64,000 nt of DNA from Eledone cirrhosa (lineage: Eukaryota), in contig OZ024742.1 of the NCBI GenBank assembly GCA_964016885.1, positions 200,198,001-200,262,000 of the forward strand, read 5' to 3'. Below are positions 13,339 to 25,199 of this stretch, piece after piece; positions within the stretch are counted from its first letter, which is position 1; every line of letters begins with the position of its first letter. The position numbers were made by a program, and so were the translations under genes. Under the pieces are notes generated by a model. The model searched no databases and had not been told where the DNA came from. It was given only the letters and a program-made list of their open reading frames with translations.

Positions 13339-13957
13339 TGTGTGTGTGTGTGTGTGTGTCTGATGGTAGCTAAGATGCTTCCAGAGGCAGTATGCCGGTT
13401 GAGCACTCTATGCTCTTGCAGAGCAGAGTATGATATAATATAAAACGAAAAATCAGTGATGCATCTGAACTCAATTTATTGTGTGTTACAATTGTTTCGC
13501 CGGCGGACAGCTCGAGACGCGATCATTGTGTGGATCTGTCCGATTCTGGATCCGCAGGTTCGACGGACACGTCTAATGATTTCGGAACAAATTCTCTCAC
13601 TGGGGTGTTAGCGTCAAAAACATCCTCTTCGCGCGCCCTGTTATTGGCTGGTGTTTTTCTCCGTCATCGTAAGTCTGACCAGCAGGTGTCATTTGACTGA
13701 CCATCAGCTGTCCCATTCTGCCACACTTCGATGAATTACTACTGGGTTTGGTAGTTCACACGTTCACGCGCGCACTCACACACACATATACACACACACG
13801 CACACACACAACCACATAGATAACAACATGCGTACGCTTAGACTCCCGCTATACACACACACACTTAAGGAGAACATATAAAAAACTATAGACATACGCA
13901 TACACAGACGCCTGCCTACATGACCATATACAGGCAGAGATACAGACTCGCTCACAA

Positions 13958-14028
<71 letters not shown>

Positions 14029-14056
14029 AACAAGCCCTTTCGCTACATTGGGTGCT

Positions 14057-14103
<47 letters not shown>

Positions 14104-14199
14104 ACTGGCTCATATACACTCTTACAAATATGTGTATATTCACATACAGGCCCACGCACGCCTACAAAGATATATACATATACATATATATATATATAT

Positions 14200-17135
14200 A
14201 TAATATTAAGGATACTATTTATAGTTTGTATATTTTAAACTATAAACAGGGAAGGTCAGTAATGTATTACTACCTTATTACCAGTAAGATAAATAGCTCA
14301 ATGTAAGAACATCAGTTGTTCTACAGAGCAGTTATATAGAATTCACAAGAATCAAAGCTATGTTCAAAGCATTTATTCACTTACAATTGTTTCATCCAAA
14401 CCTAGGCTTGAGGTCTTCGGAGCATTTTTTAATGCTTGTACATATAATTGACCTCACCTCCTATCCAACGCAAGAGACATACAGATACATATATATATAT
14501 TGATTTACAGTGGAGTGACATATATTATAATATACTATATTTGTACAGCAATTCAAATTTAGAATCCAAATTAAAATTAAAATTAAAATACATGCGGCAG
14601 ATAACACAGATAATGCAAGAGAATAGTCCGATAATCAGATCTAGTAGATGGTGTATGCGTTAGTCATACATAGAGCATGCAAGTGTGTCTCATTTATATA
14701 AGAGTATTGTGTGGCAAGGTATTATGTGTAATACAAGCACTTTAAGCGGGTAAGCAAGAGTATTATGGTGGTTGTAGTGGGAGGGTATCTTTTGTATAGA
14801 TAAAAAAAGTATGTGTGCAGGAAAAGAAAATGAAAAAGAAAGTTATAGTTTTCACATCCACCACCATTTTCACATTCAGAAAAAGGAAGTTATAGTTTTC
14901 ACATCCATCACATAAGTTACGATGAATTCGTATTGAATGTTTGATGTAGTAAATTATGTAACGTATTGAGGCTCATTGTTATTTAATCCATATTTATAGA
15001 ATAGCTTCTTTCTGCTGCGAGAATTTACAGCGGTTTATTATCCGGAAGTAGGTATGCAATTAAGGGGAGGTAACTAGCTGATTCTCATAACTAAATTCAT
15101 TGTTCTAACATACATTATATGGTGCCTCAATTGAGTCCCTCATATAAAAGGTTATATATTTATATTTAATTTAAATACAGTCTACTCTATCATAATGTAT
15201 TAAAGGTATCTATAGGAAGTTGATTACTCTTTATTATATAGCGCTATAATTGAATTTCTCACACAAAGTGCTTTATCTTTATATCAAATTCACTGTAAAT
15301 ACAGTCTACTCTCAAAACATATCAAAGGTACAATTAGATTTTTGTCTACATAACCTTTGGTAAGCTATGGAGCAGCGTACGGCTGTTTGCATGATAAAAT
15401 TAGATACATCTCTTGGGTAGACAAATACATCCCTCATTTACAATGTCATTAATCTATCCATCAAGTTATACATGCATATATAATTCATATATAATTCATT
15501 GCACCACCCTACATATAAGTTAGTCAGATCCCTTATGTTAATAAATTAATCCTATATATATCCAACGTTATTACTCTATACATTTAATTACAAATGCATA
15601 TATAATTCACTGCCGTATCTAGTATTTAAAGTTTACATAAACTGTATTATATTTCAATCCCTATATAATTATAAGTAATTAAAAGTAATTATATTAAAAG
15701 TTGGTGTTTATGGGGATATTTCTAGGATATTTATAGATAGATAGAATGATTTGTGTCGAGGGAAGGGTGGATCAGAGAGTGTGGTGTAGTGGTGGAAGGC
15801 AAGCCCTTGAGGTGCGGTGTTAAAAGTGGTGATGAGTTCAAATCTGACATTGTTATATATTAGGTTTAAAGCTTTGGAAGGAGTGTCGGAAGCGGTGCTG
15901 GCACGACGCAAACACTTCCGATTTTTTTTATTAAGGAGGTTAAGGTTCGAAAAGATTATAGTATGGGGCTCTAGTAGACAGAGGTTACAGAATTTATTAG
16001 GTGGTTTGTACGATACCGCCTTACCTATCACTTCCCATTGAAGTGTATATGATCTATTCCTAGTTTTCAGATAGTGTATGTAGCTAGATAGTGAAGTGGA
16101 GTTGGCTAGACTGTGTTTTTTGAAAGAATGGAGATGTGAGTTATATCTCGTTTTGAAGCAGTTCGAAGTAGAGCCTATATAGGTTTCAGAAGAGTTGCTA
16201 GTTCTGACCGTGCATGAGTAGATGATGTCCTTGATTAAGCAGTTTTTACCTAAAGGGCAGATTCTATTAGATCTACAGTTACATTTATTTTAGATGTTAA
16301 CCTGTCGGTTATTATGTTGTGTCGAAGTCTGGTTGCTAGGTATTGCATTATGGCTATGAAGGTTGTCGCTCCTAATGCTATTGATTTCATTAGTGTTATT
16401 ACTATTATTACTATTGATATCAGGGTTTGCAGATATTACGTTGTTTTGAAAGTTTACCCCTGCTGTGTTTTAGTTTGTTGAAAGTAAGTATTAATCTTTC
16501 TTTTATTGCTACTAGCTATGTGGTATGCTATGTTAGGTGTGGTAGAGTAGGAGATTTTAATGGTGTTTTTATTTATAAGACTATGGTACTTGTGGCCAGA
16601 TGGGAAGTTTTTATCCAGGATTGAGAAGAAAGCCTTAGGTAGGTTGGTAGAGACGTTTAGATTGAAAGGGGGGGTTGAAAAATGTATTAGTTCTTCTTCT
16701 ATTTTTGTTTTTTATATCTCTTGAGGTGTTTCAGTTTATAGTATTTTGGTGTCTTCTCTGGTGCGAGTTACGTTTGATGCTACCCTTCGTATTAGTGTGT
16801 CTGTGGTTATTACTCTTATTACTATTTTTCCTCATGGACATATTGTGAGAAATAATGTTGTAACTATGTGTTTTTATAGGTAGGAACTTAATCTCATTAT
16901 TATGGCCTGATCTAGCTAATGACTGATTATAGTATTGTGAATTTTTGCTAAATATGGTTTCGTCATTAGATAGATTAGAGATTCTATTGGATATTCCTTT
17001 AGTGATAGAGTTTAATATTGATCTAGGGTGGTTAGACTTGGTATCTACATAAATTAGTTTTTCGTTAGGTTTATGAAATGGTGTATATATTTTAGAGTCT
17101 AGGTAAAGGGTAGCATCAAGGAAGTTAACGTTTTT
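14200..17135 (-). mobile_element. Penelope-like element (Neptune-type), AT-rich: RT thumb, Cys-rich linker, GIY-YIG endonuclease and long 3' region
   Basis: NFLDATL..FHKPN..SNHPRSI; KCNCRSNRICPLGKNC..IIYSC..TYIGSTS..FKTRYNSH; FCNLCLLE. The element ends at (TA)n near 14200. Confidence 0.85.
14378..14424 (-). ncRNA. Type I hammerhead variant (CCGAAGA core) in the Penelope 3' region
   Basis: UGCU-CCGAAGA-CCUCAAGCCUAGGUUUGGAU-GAAA-CAAUU-GUA/AGUG, with a palindromic stem/loop III ACAAUUGU. Confidence 0.6.
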
Positions 17136-18010
17136 AGTGTTTCCAGCCGAGTATGCATTCGCGTGCTGAACGATATTCCAGTCAAGGGCATACGGGATGC
17201 CTTTGTCTTTCAAGTCCCACCAGGTCCGCCAGCCTAGTAGAGTGCCTCTTACTCCGGTCCTTTAAAGTGTTCCTGTGGTTATACATCCGCGATTTAAAGG
17301 TCGTGGATGTTGCGCCGATGTAGGTGCGCTTTATATTGTGTGTGCTAACCACACATTTATATACCAGGCCCTTCGTCAGGCATCTTCCCTGCAGGGGGCA
17401 CTGCGTGGCCGCTCTACAGTTGCACGTTCTGTTGTTATGTTGTTCATTTCGGACGCCTGGCCCTTGATCTGCTAGGGCCCTCTCCCGATTCTCAGAGTGT
17501 TCTTCCGCCGACGCGGTGGTCTCTCCTCTGCCACCCATTCCCACCCGGCGTTGGATTGTATGGTCTTCCGTGGGCGTGGCGGCCGCCGCGAGGACCGTGT
17601 TGGGGTTGGAAGACCGGTCTGCGAGGGGCCCTCCGTGCTCTGATGGACGGTCATTCTGCCGCCGCGGTTGACGGTCGAGGTTCCCCATCTTTGCCGCTTT
17701 AGTTTTGGCCATGTAGTCGGCCATGTTAGGTGCTGTGGAGAAGGAAAACTTCACCGTGTGGCGGTTGAAAATTTTGTGGTATCTGTTCGACGGCGGGAAG
17801 CACTCGTCTAACGCTCGGAAAAAGAGGCCTGGTACATTGCTGCATGCATGCTTAGAATACGGCGCGTTAAACCATGTAACGGCCTTAGATCTAGTCTTGT
17901 TCTTTCGTATATGTGTAGCAGCGTGAATGTGTTTTGGGTCGGGTTTTGCCCGCCTATTATTTCGTCCCCTATGTTGCCTCTATCTGTATGTCTACTGTGG
18001 GCGTCAGGGT
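17136..18010 (-). mobile_element. Penelope-like element (Neptune-type), GC-rich: linker plus GIY-YIG fragment
   Basis: VTWFNAPYS..FPPSNRYHKIFNRHTVKFSFS; TCNCRAATQCPLQGRCLTKGLVYKC..TYIGATSTTFKSRMYNH. Confidence 0.85.
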
Positions 18011-18021
18011 TATATATATAT

Positions 18022-18078
<57 letters not shown>

Positions 18079-18391
18079 TGCGTGTGCATATGTACGTGTG
18101 TAGGCGTGTGTGTGTAGACAGGTAGAAGAGATGAGAGAGGGGGATGGGAGATGAAAGAAAGAGGGAGCGATAGAAAGCGAGAGTGAGGGGAGAAAGAAAT
18201 GAAAAAAAGAAAAGATGAGATATAAATTTCAAGAGAAAACGCCTCTAAATTGTATAAACAACACCAACATCAACACCAACAACAATAACCATATGAGAGA
18301 TATTATAGATAACAACGTCAACTACTATAACAGTTACAAGAACTACAACAATGACATAAACAACAACACTAACGACGCCATTAGCAATTAC

Positions 18392-19218
18392 AATAATTGT
18401 TTCTACTTTTGGCACAAAGCCAGCAATTACGCTAGTGTATTACTGGTACTTTATTTACCAGTATATACACCGTAAGGATGAAATGTAAAGTTAACCTCGG
18501 CGGAATTTGAACTCAGACCGTAAAGGGCCGTAATTCTATGCTGCAAAGCATGGCGTCTGACCCTCTATCGATACTGCCAATCCATTGCCATAACATTAAT
18601 GACAACAACAATAATACAATGACAAGAACAACAATAACAGCAACAGCAACAACAGCAGTAAAAACAACAACAATCATAATGACAGCAACAACAACAATAA
18701 TAACCTCAATAATAACAACAACGACAATAACAACATCAGTAATAACAACGATAATAACTACAATATCAACAAAAAACAAAAACAAGAACAATAACTGTTT
18801 CTACTTTAGGCACAAGGCCAGCAATTACCCAGTGCATTACTGGTACTTTATTTTATTGACACCGTAAGGATGAAAGGCAAAGTCAACCTCGGCGGGATTT
18901 GAACTCAGATCGTAAAGGGACGTAACTATGCTGGAAAGCATGGCGTCCGACCCTCTACCGATAATGCCAATCCACCGCCAAGAGCAATAACAACAGCAAA
19001 AATGGTTTCTTATATAGGCCACAAGGCCAGCAATTTTGGGGGAGGGGAAAGTCGATTAAATCGACCCCAGTGCGTGCCTGGTACTTTATTTTATTGACCC
19101 CGTAAGGATGAAAGGCAATGTTAACCTCGGCAGGATTTGACCTCAGACCATAAAGGGGCGTAACTCTATGCTGGAAAGCATGACGTCCGACCCTCTACCG
19201 ATACTGCCAATTCACCGC
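18392..19218 (-). mobile_element. Three head-to-tail Nin-domain SINE copies (18392-18590, 18790-18979, 19000-19218) separated by (AAC/AAT)n
   Basis: Each is the reverse complement of the family consensus. Confidence 0.85.
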
Positions 19219-19399
19219 ACAACATCAATAATGACAACAAAAACAATAGCAACAAAACACACATCAACAGCAGCATCTACAACAATAATAGGAACAACAA
19301 CAGCAACAACACAAACAACTACAACAACAACAGCAACAACAATAACACTAACAATAAGAGTAACAACAACTCATCAATGCGACCACATTGAACATTCCT

Positions 19400-20060
19400 A
19401 ACAAAGTCCTTCCACAATTTACGATTTTCCATTGCTCCTGGCAAACTGCTCCCTACTGAGGTTTATATCGTCTGAGAGTTGATCGATGAAGGTTCAAGCA
19501 GGTCTTCCATTACTATGTCTCCTGTGAGTTGGTCCCCGCAATAGCCTGCAAATCGTCAGTGTCTTTAAGCGATTGTAGTTGTTGTTTAGGGCAAGATTCC
19601 GTATTAACTTTCATTTGTAATATGTTGACGCTGGTATATGGTTTGTACAACCCTAAGGAATTTAATGTATGCGCCATTTTGTTTCTTTTCAAGTACCTCT
19701 GTCAGGGTCCATGTAACTGATCCATACAACAATACTGACTCAACAGATTTTCTGAAGAATGATATTTTGATTTTTCTGGGTAGATCCGACTTCCACAGCC
19801 TTTCCATTTTGTTCACTGCCGCACAGACTACAAAAATTCTAATGTCAATGTCCTTTTTTGATGAACTCATCCAGCCGCCCAAATTTAGAAAACCATCAAC
19901 TTGATTAAGTAATTCGTAATCCATTGTGATAAGATTTCCTTCTTCTTAGTTTAGTGACATGTGCTCTGTTTTGGTAACATTTATGTGTAGACGAATTTTC
20001 CTGGTAGAGAGTTCGAATTTATGAAAAGGCTTTTGAGCTTGATCAATGGTATTTGCTAAA
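19400..20060 (-). mobile_element. RTE-clade LINE RT C-terminal fragment
   Basis: FLNLGGWMSSSKKDIDIR..KMERLWKS..KIKISFFRKSVESVLLYGSVTWTLT. Confidence 0.8.
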
Positions 20061-20502
20061 GAGAAGAGATAGAGAATCTGTAGGCCAGAGGCTGGAGTAT
20101 AGCTGTCTGTGATGTGTGGCCTTTATCTGGATGCAGTCTAAAATATATAGTGAAACACAGATTTGTTTGTTGGAAGCCTGTTTAATCAACAAAGCTACAA
20201 TTTACTAAGTGAAAGATAAAACAGTTGAAATCTAACCAGTGTTGTTCTTACAGCAAAAGCAAATTTGAACTCACAAGTACACTATCCATTCAACTATCTC
20301 ACATCTACACAGCAATTAACGTATATATTTATGTGTAAATCGTACTGGTAAGTGGCACAATCATTTTCTATACAATATTTAGAATATAGCACTTAAGTTA
20401 AATTGATGTTTTGTAAGTTGTAGTTTCAGTAGATAGGTTGTTTGACTATGGCTTAGGTCGTTTTTCTGTGGGAAAGGCGGGCGACTTAAACACGAGCATA
20501 TT

Positions 20503-20567
<65 letters not shown>

Positions 20568-20633
20568 AAACCAATCTAGTCGAGAATCAGCATGCAGGAG
20601 TTTTAACGAAAAAATAATTTAACCTAATAACAA

Positions 20634-20675
20634 ATGTTTTGATGATCCAAAACGGAGAAAGCAAGCTTTAAACAT
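20634..20675 (+). ncRNA. Degenerate hammerhead (C3U) in a short microsatellite-flanked element
   Basis: AUGUU-UUGAUGA-UCC-AAAAC-GGA-GAAA-GCAAGCU-UUA/AACAU. Confidence 0.45.
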
Positions 20676-20877
20676 CAATTTTTAACATCATGCACATTTT
20701 ATAAGGATCGAGATGCGGTTTCAAAACCCTTTTTAAAACCATTTTTCTTATATATATATATATAAATACATATAAAATTAGGTAGTAACATGTGCTTATG
20801 TCGTATTTGATTAAATAGAATTAGTCTGTTAGTTGGAATTTAAAAAAAACCCTTTGAATGGAAAAAAAGATGAGTAT

Positions 20878-20948
20878 TGACGTACATGGGACACGAACAG
20901 ACATCTTTGGTTTTCCAGACCAAAGTGTTACCATTACACCAACACGTC
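20878..20948 (-). tRNA. tRNA-like unit (71-nt cloverleaf, anticodon loop CU-GGA-AA) inside a repeat; probably a pseudogene or SINE head
   Basis: Acceptor GACGUGU/GUACGUC, D stem GUGU/ACAC, anticodon stem UUGGU/ACCAA, T loop UUCGUGU with a mutated T stem, and a T7 tract about 10 nt downstream. Confidence 0.6.
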
Positions 20949-21132
20949 ACCGATGCTTCCCTCCATTCAATTAGAAGTTATATAACCATAACAGGTATAT
21001 GTATATATATATATGGGATTTTAAAAAATCCTCTGAATAGTAACATATGCTTATGCCGGTTCTCCCTATCTATATACATATATAAACCTGCTATGGTTAT
21101 ATAGCTTCTAATTGATGGAGGGAAGAATGGGT

Positions 21133-21203
21133 GGCGTGTTGGTTAAATGGTAACACATTGGGTCGGCAAACCGAAGACGTGGGTTTGTGTCCCATGTATG
21201 TCA
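21133..21203 (+). tRNA. tRNA-like unit, inverted partner of 20878-20948
   Basis: Same layout, with T stem GUGGG/CCCAU intact, anticodon region CGGCAAA and a T7 tract downstream. Confidence 0.55.
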
Positions 21204-21349
21204 ATACTCATTCTTTTTTTCCATTTAAAGGGTTTTTTTAAATCCCAACTAACGGACTAATTCTATTTAGTCAAATACGGCGTAAGCAGATGTTACTAGC
21301 AAATTTTCAAATTCACTAGCCATTTGTAAACAAAGCCTGATTCGTGTCT

Positions 21350-21397
<48 letters not shown>

Positions 21398-21399
21398 CA

Positions 21400-22175
21400 G
21401 AAAGATGTAGTTTCAGAAAGATGGGACTGCTACATGTATCCTTTCAAAAGCATCCTCCTATGTCAATCATTTTTTTGACAGATCATTTATGTTATCATTC
21501 CTATGTTTTCTGGGGCTTTCCAGCAAATCTTCTCCCATTTATCTCCACTTCCCATGTTTACTTGACAAGGTTGTTTTCACTCATCCCTCATCATCTACAA
21601 TGTGTCCAAACCACCTTCATCACGCCACTGGAATCCTCTCGATTTATAGGGTCGACATCCATTTCTTTTCTGATATCTTTACCTGTAGTTTGATCCAACA
21701 AGGAAACTCCTTTTATTCTCTGAAGCATTCTCATTTCAGCGGCTTCCAAGATATTTTCCTCCTTTGTTCTTAAAGCATATATTTCAGATCCGTAGGTTAG
21801 AACTGGTCGTATAATTATTATGTATTGTGTAGCTTTGAGATTTTTTGTCATTTTTTTGTCATAAATAACCTCACTCATTTCTTTCCATCAACCCTGCTGC
21901 ATTTACACAAGCTCTCACTACCATCTTTGATCCTCTATTTCACTTAACATCGCCCCAGGGTATTTGAAACCGTCAAACTGTTTTAATATAATGTTATTGC
22001 TGTCAACCACATTAATTTCTTTGTTGGTTTTTCTACTGGCCATCACTTCCATCTTTGTGATATTAACTGTCAGTCCATGAAATGTTCGTAATTTTTGCAA
22101 TTTCAACCAATTTGCTGCAATTCATCTTCTGTGTTTCCCATTATCACGAAATCATCCGCTAAATGTAATCCCTAA
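21400..22175 (-). mobile_element. RTE-clade LINE RT fragment
   Basis: LADDFVI, LTVNITKMEVM, FKYPGAML and IRPVLTYGSE..LEAAEMRMLQRIKGVS motifs. Confidence 0.8.
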
Positions 22176-22413
22176 GGAATTCCTCATCAGCAAGCCTCAG
22201 TTCTACTAACTTAGGTAACAATATAAAGTAGACTCATTTATAGTTTAAAAAATACAATAGTTCAAGAATTACGGATAGAAGCAAACTATTAGAAACAAAA
22301 TCTATACATGAATAAGCAAGAAACCACTACATTAAATTTCTCTTTAGCAAACTTCTAATAAAATAAAGATGAAAAAAATAAGAGTAAAAGCAAAATATGG
22401 TAGGAGAGAGAGA

Positions 22414-22486
<73 letters not shown>

Positions 22487-22490
<4 letters not shown>

Positions 22491-22610
22491 AATAGTGCAC
22501 GACGACTGAGCTCACGCCGTTATCCATTCGCCGTTGAAACAGCGTGAGCTCAGTCGTCGGGCATTAACTATTTACAGGGTGTGACATAAACACTGTTACA
22601 AGTGAGTATA
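22487..22610 (+). mobile_element. Fold-back element with the 3' half of a hammerhead (family H3), next to (GA)n
   Basis: Imperfect palindrome 22487-22576. GAAACAGC-GUGAGCUCA-GUCGUC is related to 24537-24559. Confidence 0.55.
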
Positions 22611-22619
22611 ATTCATAAT

Positions 22620-23310
22620 ATTAATTACTTTGTTATTGATATTATTGCTCAAATATTCACCTAATACATTGAGGGTTAAGCGGGGACGTGGTAAGAGGGT
22701 GGCAGTACGATCAACTAGGCGGACACAAATGAAGACGGTTGGGACTAGTGTGTGGGGATATCCGAGTCGATAGAAGTTGTAAGTCGATGACCATGGTAGG
22801 GGCCTATATCTCAAAGTTCTGTTTGCGGCTAAACAGACAACGAAGGTGGAGAAATTGAGAATAAAGAATGATCTGGAAAGAGGTGAAGTCAAAGTAGGAG
22901 TAAAAGTCGGTAGGGTTTTGGAAGGTCGAGATGGTTGAGTGGTGGATAGAACCCAAGATGTGAAGTAAGTTTTTGAAGGGGGTCGGAGATGATGGGTGCG
23001 TAGTAGAAAGAAGGATAAAAAAAATTGATGTAGAAGGGAAAAGTACTGGGTTGTATTCGGGTGAGGGGTGTAGTTCCAATGGCGTCATCGATATAAGAAC
23101 TGCACAGTTTGGGGGCCTGAGTCAAGTGAACGTTGAGGAGATCTGGCGAAGAGGGTAGGTCCCATTCTTGTTCCCATAGCCACACCCATAGCGGAGGTAG
23201 AGGTGCTATGGTGGGGTAGGGATTCAACAGTAGAGGAAATATATACAAAAATATCTTTGTGATCTCCAGTCAACAGTCGGTAGAAGCAATGACCCACTGT
23301 ACAAGATGTA
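22620..23310 (-). mobile_element. Penelope-like element (Poseidon-type) RT fragment
   Basis: GVAMGTRMGP, YIDDAIG and NPTDFYSYFDFTS..YSQFL motifs across frameshifts. Confidence 0.8.
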
Positions 23311-23480
23311 TATGAAATATGTATACATGTGTGTATATATGATATATGTGTGAGGGTGTGTGGGGGGGTGTTTATATATATATATACATACAAACACACA
23401 TATATATATGTCTATATATATATATATATACATATATATACATATATATGTATATATATACATACACACACATATATGTG

Positions 23481-23515
<35 letters not shown>

Positions 23516-23518
23516 ATG

Positions 23519-23562
<44 letters not shown>

Positions 23563-23963
23563 TTTATGTATATATATGTATATATATATAAATACACATA
23601 CGTGTGGAATTCGATGTGAAATGTAATGTTTTGTTTCGGGTGTATAACGTTGTAGTTAAAACATCGCATCTCCCACTTACATAGGATGTCGTGTCGGTGA
23701 GAATTTTACTTGTTTATAAGTATTTGACAGAGTTCTTGCTGTTTCTGGTGTACAGAGGAATTTTGAACAGTTGTTAAAATACAATAATATGCCAAATAGC
23801 TTAGCTTAACTCACGTATAGGTCAAGTAGCATTCTAATGTGTAACTAGCAATACGCTAGATCTAACGATAAGGCTGGCGCTATCTTTAAGGCTAGCTCGG
23901 TATCAGCATGTGGCGCACGACTCAAAACCTAAGAGGGTTCATGATTGAATAATAAAAATCAGT

Positions 23964-24017
<54 letters not shown>

Positions 24018-24026
24018 TGTGTGTGA

Positions 24027-24104
<78 letters not shown>

Positions 24105-24184
24105 ATGTGTGTGTGTTATGTATTTCCGTAAAAAAGGTAAAGGAAAGAGGAGTTCTCTATGTATAGTACAGAGCTATTTAATTG

Positions 24185-24415
24185 TGTAATAAACAACACA
24201 ATATAATTAGTCCATTACCAAATGTTTCGCGAAATTAGACGATTCTAACAGAAATGTCTAGTTGGTTCATCAGATGAATTGTCTATAGATATTTTATCAG
24301 ATGAACGAACTAGATATTTCATCTGATGAACCAACTAGACATTTCTGTTAGAAGCGTCTAATTTTGTGAAACCTTGGGTAATGGAATAATTATATTGTGT
24401 TGTTTATTATAATTA
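24185..24415. mobile_element. Fold-back element with two divergent hammerheads (24225-24273 minus, 24323-24371 plus; family H4)
   Basis: Inverted arms at about 24190-24278 and 24318-24410. Each arm reads UUCAU-CUGAUGA-(long stem II with CUAGAC/GUCUAA)-GAAAC..GUA/AUGGA. Confidence 0.7.
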
Positions 24416-24463
<48 letters not shown>

Positions 24464-24468
<5 letters not shown>

Positions 24469-24655
24469 AACAAGTAAGACCCCGACGGCTGAGCTCAAGC
24501 CGTTTCGACGGCTAATTCTGTACAGAATTAGCCGTCGAAACGGCTTGAGCTCAGCCGTCGGGGTCTTACTTGTTCCTATTACCCACTCTACTACCCTAAG
24601 TATTGAGTACTTTGGTGCGTTATGGTCCACCTGGTTCCTTACCACATTTCCTTCG
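24464..24655 (+). mobile_element. Fold-back element: perfect 116-bp palindrome (24464-24579) plus tail, between (TA)n arrays (family H3)
   Basis: Symmetric about 24521/24522. Contains GAAACGGCU-UGAGCUC-AGCCGUC (hammerhead stem III with GUC). The tail is homologous to 35689-35795. Confidence 0.75.
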
Positions 24656-24828
24656 TTATATATATATATATATATATATATATGCAGAGGTTATATTTAA
24701 TTTGTTGGGATTCAACAAGCTTAAACATTTTTATAACTGATATAAAACACTCAACAGATTAGTGGAGTAAATACACAATTAGTGGAGTAAATACAAATAA
24801 ATGGAAATTATATTTATAAAGCCATATT

Positions 24829-24894
24829 TATTTTATTATACATATTTCAAGGGCCACCAAGGCAAATTATGGTGCGCTTTCATCAGATAAAATA
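24829..24894 (-). ncRNA. Type I hammerhead ribozyme (family H1)
   Basis: UAUUUUAU-CUGAUGA-AAGCGCACCA..UGGUGGCCCUU-GAAA-UAUGU-AUA/AUAAAAUA. Confidence 0.8.
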
Positions 24895-24963
24895 CAGATT
24901 TGTTTTATAAATAAATATTGACATAACCGGAAAAAAAGACAATTTTTCTTGTCTTATACGGAG

Positions 24964-25090
<127 letters not shown>

Positions 25091-25146
25091 TGTGTGTGTG
25101 TGTGTGTGTCTTTGTATGTTAATGTACGCGTGTGTATGTGTGTGTG

Positions 25147-25180
<34 letters not shown>

Positions 25181-25199
25181 AGAATGTGTGTGTGTGTGT

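Noticed and set aside
18513-19401. Thr-rich mucin-like and Val/Ile-rich membrane-like ORFs
   Set aside because: They are (AAC/AAT)n tracts between SINE copies.
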